The position numbers and the translations under genes are program-made. DNA of 64,000 nucleotides from positions 18,509 to 82,508 of the forward strand of contig DASPVV010000005.1 of NCBI GenBank assembly GCA_035622175.1, read 5' to 3'. Below are positions 34,544-47,509 of the stretch, piece by piece (position 1 is the first letter of the stretch; each line of letters begins with the position of its first letter). This DNA comes from Terriglobales bacterium. GTDB lineage: Bacteria; Acidobacteriota; Terriglobia; Terriglobales; Acidobacteriaceae. A model generated the notes under the pieces. It worked only from the letters and a program-made list of their open reading frames with translations, had not been told where the DNA came from and made no database searches.

Positions 34544-36198
34544 TGCCCTCCTCCTCGGCTGTTCTCGCCTGAGGCAGGTGGGGCGGTCTCGATGATCCCC
34601 ACCGTACGGTTTTCGGGAACAAACGTCTTGGCGGCAACCCGGCGAATATCTGCTTTGGTGATTTTGTCAATGCGCTCCACCTGGCGAAACAACTCCCGCC
34701 AGTCCTCATAGCGTGCTTGGTAGACGGCTAGATCGAAGGCCAGGCCGGGATTGTTGCCGAGACTGCGAATCAGGTTTGCTTTCGCCCGCGTCTTGATCAT
34801 CTTCAATTCATCATCGCCGATATCTTCTTTCTGGATTCTGTCGATCTCGCCATGGATTGCGGCCGCCATTTCGTCCGGGTTGTGCCCGGGCATGGGAAAG
34901 GCATAGAAGGCGAACAGGTGCGGGTATTTGCTTCCCGGTAGGCCAGTGAAACCTGCCGAATCGGAGGCGATTTTCTGGTCACGCACCAGGGCGCGATACA
35001 GGCGAGAGGTGCGCCCGTTGGACATCAGATCAGCGATGGCATCGTAGACCGAGTCATCGGGCGTGCGGTAGTCGGGTCGGTGATATCCCTCGAGATAGAG
35101 GGGTTGGCTCATCTCGCGCAAGATTACCCGCCGTTCGGAGTTCTGCGGGGGCTCGAGCGTGGTTCGTTCGTCCGGCTTCTCACGCGAGGGTATCCGGCCG
35201 AAATACTTCTCGATGATGGGCATGGCTTCACTGGCTTTCACGTCGCCCACCACCGCGACCACCATGTTTGAAGGAATGTAGTAGCGCTCGAAGAAGGCAG
35301 CTGCGTCGGTGGCGGAGAACGAATCCAGATCCGACGTCCACCCGATGGTGGGCCGATGATATTCATGGGCGGCGAAGGCCGCGGTCACGAATTGCTCGAG
35401 CAGCCTTCCGATGGGGTTGCTGTCTACCCGCGTGCGGCGTTCCTCCTTCACCACATTGCGCTCGTCATAGAACTGCCGCATCACCGGATGCAGGAAGCGT
35501 TCGGATTCCAGGTAGGCCCACAGTTCTAAGCGGTTCGCGGGCATCGAGTAGAAATAGTTGGTTTCATCGTCGGTGGTATTGGCGTTCAGGTCCTCGCCAC
35601 CATTCCGCTCCACGATTTCTGGAAATTGGTTGGGAATGACATACTGGTCGGCCTGCTTGACCGCGTCGAGCCAGTTCTTCTCAAGTGCTTTGACCTCGGA
35701 GGCGTCCTGGTCGACCCGCTGATCGCGCTGGCGGATGTAGGCGGCGTAGGCCTGCTCAACTTTTTCGAGGGCCACCTTCTCGGCGGCATAGTCCTTGGTG
35801 CCGATCTTGTCCGTACCCTTGAAGGCCATGTGTTCGAACATATGCGCAAGACCGGTCTTGCCTAACGGGTCTTGCACGGAACCGGCGTCGACGTGGGTGT
35901 GAAAGGAGAATACCGGCGCTTCGGGACGCTCGCAAATCACGACCGTCAAGCCGTTCCCCAGTTTCTTGAGGGTGATTCGCTTCTCGAAGGAAGCAACATC
36001 CTGGGCCCGAGCGCCGACGGCGAACAACAACACCACCCCGATCCAAAAGGAGCCTCGAGCGCGAGTGATGGTTCCTCGTAGCCGGCCCGGACCAGGGGAA
36101 GGCAGCTTTCGTGGGCCAGCGAAAGCAAGATATCTCTGGCCGCCCACCGCACAAATCTCAGGTTTGTTCTCGCGCTCAGCAAGAGAGCGGTTCTTCAC
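34540..36198 (-). CDS. M16 family zinc metallopeptidase (active subunit)
   Basis: GLAHMFEHMAFKGT contains the inverted zinc motif HxxEH. ATGA overlap with the downstream M16-like gene. The N-terminal start is uncertain. Confidence 0.85.
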   Translation of the reverse strand: MKNRSLAERENKPEICAVGGQRYLAFAGPRKLPSPGPGRLRGTITRARGSFWIGVVLLFAVGARAQDVASFEKRITLKKLGNGLTVVICERPEAPVFSFHTHVDAGSVQDPLGKTGLAHMFEHMAFKGTDKIGTKDYAAEKVALEKVEQAYAAYIRQRDQRVDQDASEVKALEKNWLDAVKQADQYVIPNQFPEIVERNGGEDLNANTTDDETNYFYSMPANRLELWAYLESERFLHPVMRQFYDERNVVKEERRTRVDSNPIGRLLEQFVTAAFAAHEYHRPTIGWTSDLDSFSATDAAAFFERYYIPSNMVVAVVGDVKASEAMPIIEKYFGRIPSREKPDERTTLEPPQNSERRVILREMSQPLYLEGYHRPDYRTPDDSVYDAIADLMSNGRTSRLYRALVRDQKIASDSAGFTGLPGSKYPHLFAFYAFPMPGHNPDEMAAAIHGEIDRIQKEDIGDDELKMIKTRAKANLIRSLGNNPGLAFDLAVYQARYEDWRELFRQVERIDKITKADIRRVAAKTFVPENRTVGIIETAPPASGENSRGGGQ

Positions 36199-36303
36199 GG
36201 GACCTCCACCGGTTGCATCTGGGCTAGAAATCTGAAATTACGTGTCCTCGGGGGACATTGTCAAACCGCGGAGCGTGCCAGCCGCAGTTGATTCTCGAGA
36301 ACG

Positions 36304-36332
36304 TTGACGGTATACAGGTACGGTTCTAAAGT
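36304..36332 (+). promoter_or_regulatory. Candidate sigma-70-type promoter upstream of the LigD-polymerase gene
   Basis: TTGACG (36304-36309), a 17-nt spacer, then TAAAGT (36327-36332). If used, it excludes the TTG 36333 start and favours GTG 36372. Confidence 0.3.
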
Positions 36333-36371
36333 TTGATTGGATCAGGGAATTTGCCGTCGAAAGGAAAGCAC

Positions 36372-37412
36372 GTGGGCGCATCCCAGACGATTGAAATCGA
36401 AGGCAAACGGCTCAAGCTGACCAATCTTGAAAAAATCCTGTATCCCGCCGCCGGATTCACCAAGGGACAGGTGATCGACTATTACGCGCGAATTGCCCCC
36501 GTCTTGGTCCCCCAACTTAGAGATCGGCCTTTGACCCTGAAACGCTATCCCGAAGGCGTGGATCGGGAATTTTTCTTTGAGAAGAACGCCACCCAATACC
36601 GCCCCGAATGGGTCAAGACTGCCCCCATCTGGAGCGAAGGCAACCGGCGCAGCGTGAACTACCTCTTGGCTGACGATCTGGCCACCCTGATCTGGATCGC
36701 CAATCTGGCCTCGATTGAGTTACACCCGTCGCTCTCCCTGGCGCGAACCATCGAAACCCCTACGGTGATTGCCTTCGACCTGGACCCCGGGCCACCCGCC
36801 AGTGTCGTCGAATGCTGCCAGGTTGCCTGCTGGCTGCGGGAGTTTTTCGAGCGCTTCGGATTGCACAGTTTCCCTAAAACCTCCGGCTCGAAGGGGTTGC
36901 AGATTTACGTTCCCATGAATACACCCACCACTTACACCGCGACCAAGCCTTTTGCCCACGCGCTCGCCCGTCTCCTCGAAGACGAGCATCGAGAGTTGGT
37001 CGTGTCGGATATGAACAAGCAGCGGCGGGTGAACAAGGTTTTCGTCGACTGGAGCCAGAATGATCAGCATAAGACCACCATCGCCGTCTACTCCTTGCGT
37101 GCCCGCTCGCAACCCACCGTGTCGACTCCAGTGACCTGGGAAGAAGTCGAACACGCCTTGCAAAGGAGAGATGCAAGCCTGCTCGTGTTCGAAGCTCCGC
37201 AGGTGCTCGAACGGGTGGCAAAGAAAGGGGATCTGTTTGCCCCGGTGCTTACCCTAAAGCAGACCTTGCCCAAGCTGCCGGGCATCGAGCCCGCCCGGCT
37301 CGCGGCCGGCGACTCGGGGGTCGAGCTCAGAGCGCAGGCGCCTGCAACCTCCCGGAAAAGCTCCCGCAAGCCTGCCGGATCTGTCCGGAAGAAGAAAGCC
37401 AGAAAGGTATAA
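36372..37412 (+). CDS. Stand-alone NHEJ polymerase/primase domain protein (LigD PolDom-like) with a basic C-terminal tail
   Basis: IEIEGKRLKLTNLEKILYPAAGFTKGQVIDYYARIAP...LTLKRYPEGV...FFEKN...IAFDLDPG...FPKTSGSKGLQIYVP...VFVDWSQNDQHKTTIAVYSLR are archaeo-eukaryotic-primase LigD motifs. The tail is SRKSSRKPAGSVRKKKARKV. No ligase or phosphoesterase domain is present. Confidence 0.85.
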   Translation: MGASQTIEIEGKRLKLTNLEKILYPAAGFTKGQVIDYYARIAPVLVPQLRDRPLTLKRYPEGVDREFFFEKNATQYRPEWVKTAPIWSEGNRRSVNYLLADDLATLIWIANLASIELHPSLSLARTIETPTVIAFDLDPGPPASVVECCQVACWLREFFERFGLHSFPKTSGSKGLQIYVPMNTPTTYTATKPFAHALARLLEDEHRELVVSDMNKQRRVNKVFVDWSQNDQHKTTIAVYSLRARSQPTVSTPVTWEEVEHALQRRDASLLVFEAPQVLERVAKKGDLFAPVLTLKQTLPKLPGIEPARLAAGDSGVELRAQAPATSRKSSRKPAGSVRKKKARKV

Positions 37413-37439
37413 TGCCTGGCGTTCGCCGGCCGATCCACC

Positions 37440-38174
37440 ATGGCGCATTTCTACGCAGGCACAAGCGGGTGGGCTTATGCAAGCTGGAAGCCTGACTTTT
37501 ACCCCGCCAAGCTCGCACAAGCCAAGTTCTTGCCCTATTACGCGACGCAGCTCAATGCCGTCGAAGTCAATTTCACCTTTCGCCAATTGTTAAAGGATAC
37601 GACCGCCGAGAAATGGGTGGGCGAGACGCCCCCGGGATTTTGTTTCAGCGTGAAGGCTCATCAGGTCATCACCCACATCAAGCGCATGCAGCAGACGGAG
37701 GACTTTGTCCGCCGTTTTCTCGGCAGCCTTGAGCCGCTGGCGCGCGCCGCCAAGCTTGGTCCACTTTTGTTTCAACTGCCGCCCAATCTGAAGGCAGATC
37801 GCTCCTTGCTCGCGGATTTCTTGGCCGGCTTACCGCGAGTCCCCTCCGCCTTCGAGTTCCGGCATGCCTCGTGGTTCGACGAGGCAACCTTCGATCTGCT
37901 GCGCCGGCATAACTGTGCGCTGTGCGTCGCCGAAACCGAAGAGCGCGTGACCCCGGACGTTATCACCGCAGATTTTTGCTATTACCGCTACCGGAAACCC
38001 GACTACGCCCGCGAAGAACGGCAAGCCATGATCACTCGCATGCAGGAGCACCTGGCGGCGCAACGCAATGTCTATGCCTATTTCAAGCATGAAGAAACCC
38101 CGCAAGGGGCGCGCTATGCGCTCGAGCTGCTGCAGGAAATCGCTTCCCAACAGCAGACCGAGAAGCCGCGATAA
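37440..38174 (+). CDS. DUF72 (YecE-like) protein
   Basis: MAHFYAGTSGWAYASWKPDFYPAKL...YYATQLNAVEVNFTFR...FEFRHASWF is typical of DUF72. Confidence 0.85.
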   Translation: MAHFYAGTSGWAYASWKPDFYPAKLAQAKFLPYYATQLNAVEVNFTFRQLLKDTTAEKWVGETPPGFCFSVKAHQVITHIKRMQQTEDFVRRFLGSLEPLARAAKLGPLLFQLPPNLKADRSLLADFLAGLPRVPSAFEFRHASWFDEATFDLLRRHNCALCVAETEERVTPDVITADFCYYRYRKPDYAREERQAMITRMQEHLAAQRNVYAYFKHEETPQGARYALELLQEIASQQQTEKPR

Positions 38175-38291
38175 GCGCGATCCCCCCTTCTGCTTGGGAA
38201 GTCCGTCCCCGAAAGCGGCGGCTGCGACCGGTCGGTCCCGCGTATCCGGCTGATTATTGCCTCCAACCTTCGCCGGCAGGCATAGTAAAGT

Positions 38292-39212
38292 GTGTCTTCC
38301 CCGGCCAATGCTCCGATTCTGTCCGGCTTCTTGGACTATTTGAAGGTCGAGAAAGGCCTCGCCCGCCTCACGGTGTCAGCCTATCGTACCGACATTCGGC
38401 AGTTTGGGGAATTTCTTCGTGGACGTAAGCGCACGCTCCTCGACGCCCGCCGGGTTGATGTTCGCGACTTCCTCCAAGACCTATTCTCGAATGCCGTCGA
38501 CGGCCGCTCGGTGGGACGGAAACTCTCCGGGCTGCGCCGCCTGTACCATTATCTGTTGCTCGACCAGCTGATCGAGCACGATCCCACCCTGAACATCGCT
38601 TCGCCAAAGCAGTGGAAGGTATTGCCCAAGTCCTTGGCGCGAGAGGAAATGCTCGCCCTGCTCGAGGGGCCGGGATCGACCTCAAGTCATAGACTTGCGC
38701 CGGCCATGGCGGCGCGGGATCGCGCCATGCTCGAGGTCTTCTATGCCGGGGGCTTGCGGGTTTCGGAGCTGATTGGGGTCAAACTTGGGGACCTGAAGCT
38801 GGATTTTGGTTACGTGCTGGTGCGGGGGAAAGGAGACAAGGAGCGCATCGTACCGCTCGGCAAATCGGCGCAGCAGGCCCTCACCGAGTACATGGGGAGC
38901 GCGCGCGCGGCGCTATTGGGACCGAAGAGCTCTGCGCTGTTGTTCCTCGGGCGCGGAGGCCGCCAGCTAACGCGTCAGCGGGTGTGGCAGATGGTGCGGC
39001 TGGCATCGAAGTCTGCCGGCCGTCATGCGAGCCCCCACATGTTGCGGCACAGCTGCGCCACGCACATGGTCGAAAACGGTGCCGACTTGCGTACGGTGCA
39101 AACCATTCTCGGCCACGCCGACATTTCGACCACCCAGGTGTATACCCATGTGGCGCTCGATCGACTAAAAAGCGTGTATCAGAAACATCATCCGCGCGCC
39201 AAGGCGCGATAA
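38292..39212 (+). CDS. xerD: Site-specific tyrosine recombinase XerD
   Basis: [99 protein letters not shown] start. Confidence 0.85.
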   Translation: MSSPANAPILSGFLDYLKVEKGLARLTVSAYRTDIRQFGEFLRGRKRTLLDARRVDVRDFLQDLFSNAVDGRSVGRKLSGLRRLYHYLLLDQLIEHDPTLNIASPKQWKVLPKSLAREEMLALLEGPGSTSSHRLAPAMAARDRAMLEVFYAGGLRVSELIGVKLGDLKLDFGYVLVRGKGDKERIVPLGKSAQQALTEYMGSARAALLGPKSSALLFLGRGGRQLTRQRVWQMVRLASKSAGRHASPHMLRHSCATHMVENGADLRTVQTILGHADISTTQVYTHVALDRLKSVYQKHHPRAKAR

Positions 39213-39242
39213 GCTGCCTGGCACCGGGCACGGAGTTCGCAT

Positions 39243-40187
39243 TTGAAAACCGGCACGAGCGGGGAAGGGAGGGCTCCGACGACGAAGCATCGCACCGAGG
39301 TCGGGAGGGCGGTGGATCAGTTTCTGCGCTCGTTAGGGGAACGCAACGCCTCGCTTCACACCCGCAGGGCTTACGCTCGGGATCTGGCCCGTTTTTCGCA
39401 ATACGTAGGGGCGCGGAATTGGCGGGACATTGATCATGTCACGATCCGCAGTTTTCTCTCCCGTCTTTACGAAACTGGACTCAGCAAAACCTCCGTGGCG
39501 CGTTCCCTGGCCGTCGTGCGTTCTCTCTACCGTTGGTTAGCCCAGGAAGAGATCGTTGCCCAGAATCCCGCCGCTTTGGTCTCCACCCCCAAGCTGCCCA
39601 AGAAGCTGCCTCGCGTCCCCACCATGGAGGAGATGGGCAATCTCCTCGACGGGAAGATGCCGGAAATTGCAGCATTCCCCGAGCGGGATCACATCATGTT
39701 CGAGCTGCTGTACGGCTGCGGCATTCGCAATTCTGAACTGGTCGGCATCAATCTCGATGATATTCGCCTGCGAGACGAGGTGATCCTCATCCGTGGCAAG
39801 GGCAAGAAACAGCGCTATGTGCCCTTTGGTGATTCCGTAAAAATCGCTCTGGCTCGCTACCTGCCCACACGCCAGCAGCTCCTCGCGGGACGTGGGGGGA
39901 GCACCCACGCCCTGTTGATCAATCGCCGCGACCGGGGAAGGCTGACGACGCGGAGCGTTGGCCGGATCATCAAGCGGCTTGCCGTCGCGAAAGGCTTCCC
40001 GCCGGATGTCCACCCCCACACGCTGCGGCATGCTTTCGGCACCCACCTGCTCGAGCAAGGTGCAGACTTGCGCGCCATTCAGGAGATGCTCGGGCATGAG
40101 CGTCTCTCGACCACCCAGCGTTACACCCAGCTCTCGATGAAACACGTGCTGGCGGTTTATGATCAGACACACCCGCGGGCGAAGTAA
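39243..40187 (+). CDS. xerC: Site-specific tyrosine recombinase XerC
   Basis: FLRSLGERNASLHTRRAYARDLARF; ERDHIMFELLYGCGIRNSELVGINLDDI; HTLRHAFGTHLLEQGADLRAIQEMLGHERLSTTQRYTQL. TTG start. Confidence 0.8.
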   Translation: MKTGTSGEGRAPTTKHRTEVGRAVDQFLRSLGERNASLHTRRAYARDLARFSQYVGARNWRDIDHVTIRSFLSRLYETGLSKTSVARSLAVVRSLYRWLAQEEIVAQNPAALVSTPKLPKKLPRVPTMEEMGNLLDGKMPEIAAFPERDHIMFELLYGCGIRNSELVGINLDDIRLRDEVILIRGKGKKQRYVPFGDSVKIALARYLPTRQQLLAGRGGSTHALLINRRDRGRLTTRSVGRIIKRLAVAKGFPPDVHPHTLRHAFGTHLLEQGADLRAIQEMLGHERLSTTQRYTQLSMKHVLAVYDQTHPRAK

Positions 40188-40200
40188 CGCGCCCAGCCTC

Positions 40201-43029
40201 CTACCGCCGGGGGAGCTGTCTGCCTTTTCGCAATTGCTCCAGTTGCTCCCACATGGTGACCACCTGCGATCTCAACTCGGCGGTAAGCCGCTCGTAGGCT
40301 TCTTCCGACGCTTGCGAGTCGGGAGGCGGATGAATCGCGTCCCCGAACCTGATCCACAGGGGCGCGAACTTCTGAAAACTCTTGCCCCGCGGCCAAGCAT
40401 CATGAAAGCCGGTAATGGCGACCGGGACGATGGGGACCTGAAGGTGGATGGAAAGAATGGCAGCGCCTTTCTTGAAAGTTTTGGGTGTCCCGTCGATCGA
40501 GCGCTCGCCTTCAGGATAAAGAACCAGTACCCGACCATGGCGTAACCCGAAGGCGCCGGCGCGCATCGCAGGAATCAGGTTCGCGTCGGGATCGACCAGG
40601 ATGATCCGCAGCCATCGCGCCAAAGTTCTGAGGAAGCCATGGCCGAAGATTTCGCTCGTGCCCACGAAGAATAGGTTCTGGAACACAGGCCAAGGCAAGA
40701 GACTGCTCATGATCGTGCCGTCGATAAAGCTCTGGTGATTGGAGCACAGCAGGAACGGCCCTTTGCTCGGCAGTTTCTCGAGCCCGTTCACGCGGAGGTG
40801 AAACCGATCGTAAGCCGACATTGCGACCATGCGCGTCAGCAGGTACCAGATCCCCTCGGCGAGCGGCTGGCGCTGAGCCAGGGCCAGGGCCTGTGGGTCC
40901 TCGGGCGGTTGCGCCAGCACAACCTGCCAGCCGGCAAATCTCACGGAAGCGGCCTTGACCCCGCTGCGCGCGCTGGCGCGCACCAGATCGACCAGTTCGC
41001 GAACCGTGTACACCTCAGCCAGACGGGATTCCTCGACCGCGCCTCCGAGTTCCTGCTCGAGCGCCACCAGGAGTTCCACCCGCTGCATGGAATCCAGCCC
41101 CAAATCGAGTTCCAAATTGTTGCTGGGGCGAATCGGTGACGGGCGGCTCCCGACCGCCTCGCCAATCACGCGCAGGGCCCGTTCGACATCCGGCTGCTCA
41201 AGCCAGGCCGACTCCTCGGCCGAGCGCGGCTCCTCGGACGTCTCCGCCTCATCCCCGGATGGCTGAGCCTGGTTTTCCCTTACCCGGCGCTCGATTTGGA
41301 AGCGCTTCAGCTTGCGGGTCGTGGTGCGCGGCAGGGTGTCGGACGGCCACACCTCGTAGCTGGCAATTCGCTTGGTGGAAGCCAGCTGGGACGACAAACT
41401 CTCGATATCGAAGCGGATGACTTCCTTCGTGTTCACAATCCTTCGTTGCCGCAGCAGGTCGAAATTCGGCACGATGACCGCATGCAGACGATCGGAGGCG
41501 GGGTCTCCCGGGTGTCGCTCCAGGCCGAGAACGCACATCTCCTTGATATAGGGTGATTTGAGGTAGTGTGCCTCGACCTCTTCAGGATAGATATTTTTTC
41601 CATTGCTAAGAATGATGACTTCTTTTTTGCGCCCGGTGATGAATAGATTCCCGCCCTCGTCGAAGTAGCCGAGATCCCCGGTGTGCAGCCAGCCGTTCGC
41701 CAGGGCGGCGGCGGTCGCATCCGGACGGTTCCAATACCCTTGCATGACAATCTTTCCCCGAATCGCAACTTCGCCGACCGGTTGGGGAATGCCTTCGACC
41801 GGCTGCGGATCCAGGATTTTCCCTTCCACACCCGGCAGCGGGGGACCCACCGACCCGATGACGTTGTTCTCCGGCCGGTTGGCGAACGCACCGCCGCAGG
41901 TCTCGGTCAATCCGTAGGCCTGGAGAACGTCAATGCCGAGGGCATAGAAGCTGCGTGCGATCTCGGGATCGAACCTTGATCCCCCGGTGACCAGGTAGCG
42001 CATGTGATCGCCGAAGAGTCTGCGGATGTTAGGAAAGAAGATCTTTCCCGGATTCCAGCCGAGGTTTCGTAAGAAGCGGGTGACCGCCATCAGCATTGCG
42101 ACCATCGTTTGGACCAGCCGGCCGCGCCGGGAAATCTCTTTGAAGATGCGCTCATGGATTAAATAGAAGAATTGCGGAACCACGGCAAACGCCGTGATCC
42201 TTCTCTCCGTAAGGGCGCGAAGCAACTCCGTCGTGTTCAGAGTCTCCAGGTACACGACGCGCGATCCCTTGACGAGGGGCAACAAGAGATTGGCCATTTG
42301 CGAAAGCACATGAAACAGCGGCAGCACCCCCAGCAAGGCGTCCTGCGGGCCGATCTCGACCCAGCCAAAGACGGCTTCGACTTCTCCCATGAAGTTTGCG
42401 TGGGTGAGCATCACGCCTTTGGGATCGGCGGTTGTCCCCGAGGTGTATAGGAGGGAAACCAGATCGTTCTCCGAGGCAGGCTGGGGAGTGAAATGCCCGG
42501 GCCCTGCCGCCACGATGCGATCCAGATTGGTCACGTCACCGGCGGCCGCGCTAGGGGTGTTCGTGTCCCCGTTCGGGAGCGAGCGAGCGCCGTCCCGCGG
42601 GTCGTTCGGGAAGGCGGGGGGGCGCGCACCTTCGTCGATCCTCACCATGGGAATCGATCTCGTGGCCGCCGCCTCGTGCGCCACGCTGAGGTGCCTGCCA
42701 TCACAAAACAGCAGCGAGCTGTCGCTATCGGCGAGCAACCTGGCTGCTTGATCGGCGTGCAGAGCGGTGTCGAGCGGAACCGTCGTATGTCCCGCCGCGA
42801 TAATGCCCAGATAAACCGCTACCCAGAGAGGGTGGTTCTCGGCAAGAATTGCGATGCGTGCCGCCGGCCCAAAGTTCTGCTCGGTGAGCCAGCGGGCAAT
42901 CGACTCCGCCATGCCGCGTAGCTCCCCGTAGGTGTAGCTTTCGACAGCATCCCGCCGCTGGATTTCGAGCGCAACATTTTGCGGCCAGCGCTCGGCAGTG
43001 CTGCGAAACAGGTCGTAAAAGGTGGGCAT
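40201..43029 (-). CDS. Tri-domain protein: acyl-AMP/CoA ligase, carrier protein (PP-binding), and lysophospholipid acyltransferase (PlsC-like)
   Basis: LLYTSGTTADPKGVMLTH (AMP-binding). NLELDLGLDSMQRVELLVALEQELG (phosphopantetheine Ser). LLCSNHQSFIDGTIM (HX4D) plus VLYPEGERS (acyltransferase block III). Confidence 0.85.
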   Translation of the reverse strand: MPTFYDLFRSTAERWPQNVALEIQRRDAVESYTYGELRGMAESIARWLTEQNFGPAARIAILAENHPLWVAVYLGIIAAGHTTVPLDTALHADQAARLLADSDSSLLFCDGRHLSVAHEAAATRSIPMVRIDEGARPPAFPNDPRDGARSLPNGDTNTPSAAAGDVTNLDRIVAAGPGHFTPQPASENDLVSLLYTSGTTADPKGVMLTHANFMGEVEAVFGWVEIGPQDALLGVLPLFHVLSQMANLLLPLVKGSRVVYLETLNTTELLRALTERRITAFAVVPQFFYLIHERIFKEISRRGRLVQTMVAMLMAVTRFLRNLGWNPGKIFFPNIRRLFGDHMRYLVTGGSRFDPEIARSFYALGIDVLQAYGLTETCGGAFANRPENNVIGSVGPPLPGVEGKILDPQPVEGIPQPVGEVAIRGKIVMQGYWNRPDATAAALANGWLHTGDLGYFDEGGNLFITGRKKEVIILSNGKNIYPEEVEAHYLKSPYIKEMCVLGLERHPGDPASDRLHAVIVPNFDLLRQRRIVNTKEVIRFDIESLSSQLASTKRIASYEVWPSDTLPRTTTRKLKRFQIERRVRENQAQPSGDEAETSEEPRSAEESAWLEQPDVERALRVIGEAVGSRPSPIRPSNNLELDLGLDSMQRVELLVALEQELGGAVEESRLAEVYTVRELVDLVRASARSGVKAASVRFAGWQVVLAQPPEDPQALALAQRQPLAEGIWYLLTRMVAMSAYDRFHLRVNGLEKLPSKGPFLLCSNHQSFIDGTIMSSLLPWPVFQNLFFVGTSEIFGHGFLRTLARWLRIILVDPDANLIPAMRAGAFGLRHGRVLVLYPEGERSIDGTPKTFKKGAAILSIHLQVPIVPVAITGFHDAWPRGKSFQKFAPLWIRFGDAIHPPPDSQASEEAYERLTAELRSQVVTMWEQLEQLRKGRQLPRR

Positions 43030-43241
43030 ATTTCGCGAGAACTATACCTGAAAACGAATTCCGCTGTCGGGAAAGGAGTGCGCCGGACCCGGGCTTGCTG
43101 GGCGATCCCTTGGTGGCATTCTGGCGCACCTCAGGGGGCCCGCCGGGCGCCGCGACTGACACTCTCAAACCGCATCTAATATGCTAGGCTTTTAAGGATG
43201 TCGGCTTGGCGTTCAGCCACCCGCCCAAGGATTCGTGAACC

Positions 43242-46226
<2,985 letters not shown>

Positions 46227-46345
46227 CCGCTTGCCGAAGCCTCCCCACCCCGGGATTGGCTCGCTTCGGGCGAGTCCTCCACCCCTTTGCGTCGGGCTTT
46301 CGCCCTCCTTAGGATGGGCGCCACCGATTCGGCCTGCCGGCCGAG

Positions 46346-47509
46346 TCACGGCTGCGGGGGTTGCCGTACCAGGAAGGACTTGACCACGATGTTATTGGGC
46401 CGGATGCCGACCGGGATCATGGTCAGCAGGGAATACTCGCCCGGCTCAAACTTCTTCTTAGGTGTGCGCTTCTGGATCACCGTGATGTCGCCCGATGCGG
46501 AGTCCAAGACCAACAGATAGTTCTGGCTCACGGAAAGGGCCAAACCATCCGGGTGGGTGCCGACCGCCAGGGTGGCAACGATCTTTCCCTGTTCGATGTC
46601 ATACACCGCAACCGTATTCGATCCAAAGTTGCTGACGTACAGTCGGCTATTGTCGGCGGTTACGATGCCCCGCGCTGGATGGGCTCCGATCAGGTAACTT
46701 CCGCCCACCTCATCGGTTGTCGTCTCGATGATGGAGATGCTGTCGGAATCAAAGTTACTGACCACCAGTTCGCCGCCATCCGGTTTGAGGGCAAGATGAG
46801 TGGGAGTCTTGCCCACATCGAGAAGCGCCAGCAGCGTCCCGCTGTTCAGATCAATCGAAGCGACTTGCGCGGATCCGGTGCAAGCGACAAAGGCTTTGCT
46901 GTTGTCGGGAAGAATGGCGATGTCCTCCGGCTGCTGGCAAACCGGGATGGTGCTGCGCACAGTCAGGCGCTGCGCGTCAATTTCGGAGATCGTGCCGTCG
47001 CCGCGATTGCTGACGACGACCGTCCGGCCATCGGGTGAAACTTTGGCGAGACCGGGCGAAGCACCAACCCGGATGTTGCCGACCACGGCTCGCTCCTCGA
47101 GGTCGATGACCGAAACATTGGCAGAGCCCGCGTTGGCTACGTAGCCCCGCTTTCCATCCAGAGAAACATCGATGAAATACGGCTTGCCATGCACACCGAT
47201 GGTGGAGGAAACGGTGTTGCGCTCCGCATCGATGACGCTGACGTTGCTCGATCCGGTGTTGACGGCGTAGATTTCATTTTTCTTGGTGTTGGCGGCGATG
47301 CCGGTCGGCTCACTTCCCACCCGGATGGTGCGGGCGAGGCGAAACGTGCGCAGGTCGATGACGCTGACCGTATCACTCTTTCCATTGGTGATGTAAGCGT
47401 ACTCCCGATACCTGGGAGCGTAGTCGGAGAGCTGGCGTTCGTCGAAATACCACCAGGCGAGGCCGAGCCCAATCGGGACAAAGACAACGACGAGGAGGAG
47501 CTTTCTCAA
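46346..47509 (-). CDS. YVTN-family beta-propeller repeat protein (YncE-like), secreted or anchored
   Basis: N-terminal [24 protein letters not shown]. Repeats of about 40 residues: [15 protein letters not shown]..., [15 protein letters not shown]..., [15 protein letters not shown]..., [14 protein letters not shown]... Confidence 0.82.
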   Translation of the reverse strand: MRKLLLVVVFVPIGLGLAWWYFDERQLSDYAPRYREYAYITNGKSDTVSVIDLRTFRLARTIRVGSEPTGIAANTKKNEIYAVNTGSSNVSVIDAERNTVSSTIGVHGKPYFIDVSLDGKRGYVANAGSANVSVIDLEERAVVGNIRVGASPGLAKVSPDGRTVVVSNRGDGTISEIDAQRLTVRSTIPVCQQPEDIAILPDNSKAFVACTGSAQVASIDLNSGTLLALLDVGKTPTHLALKPDGGELVVSNFDSDSISIIETTTDEVGGSYLIGAHPARGIVTADNSRLYVSNFGSNTVAVYDIEQGKIVATLAVGTHPDGLALSVSQNYLLVLDSASGDITVIQKRTPKKKFEPGEYSLLTMIPVGIRPNNIVVKSFLVRQPPQP

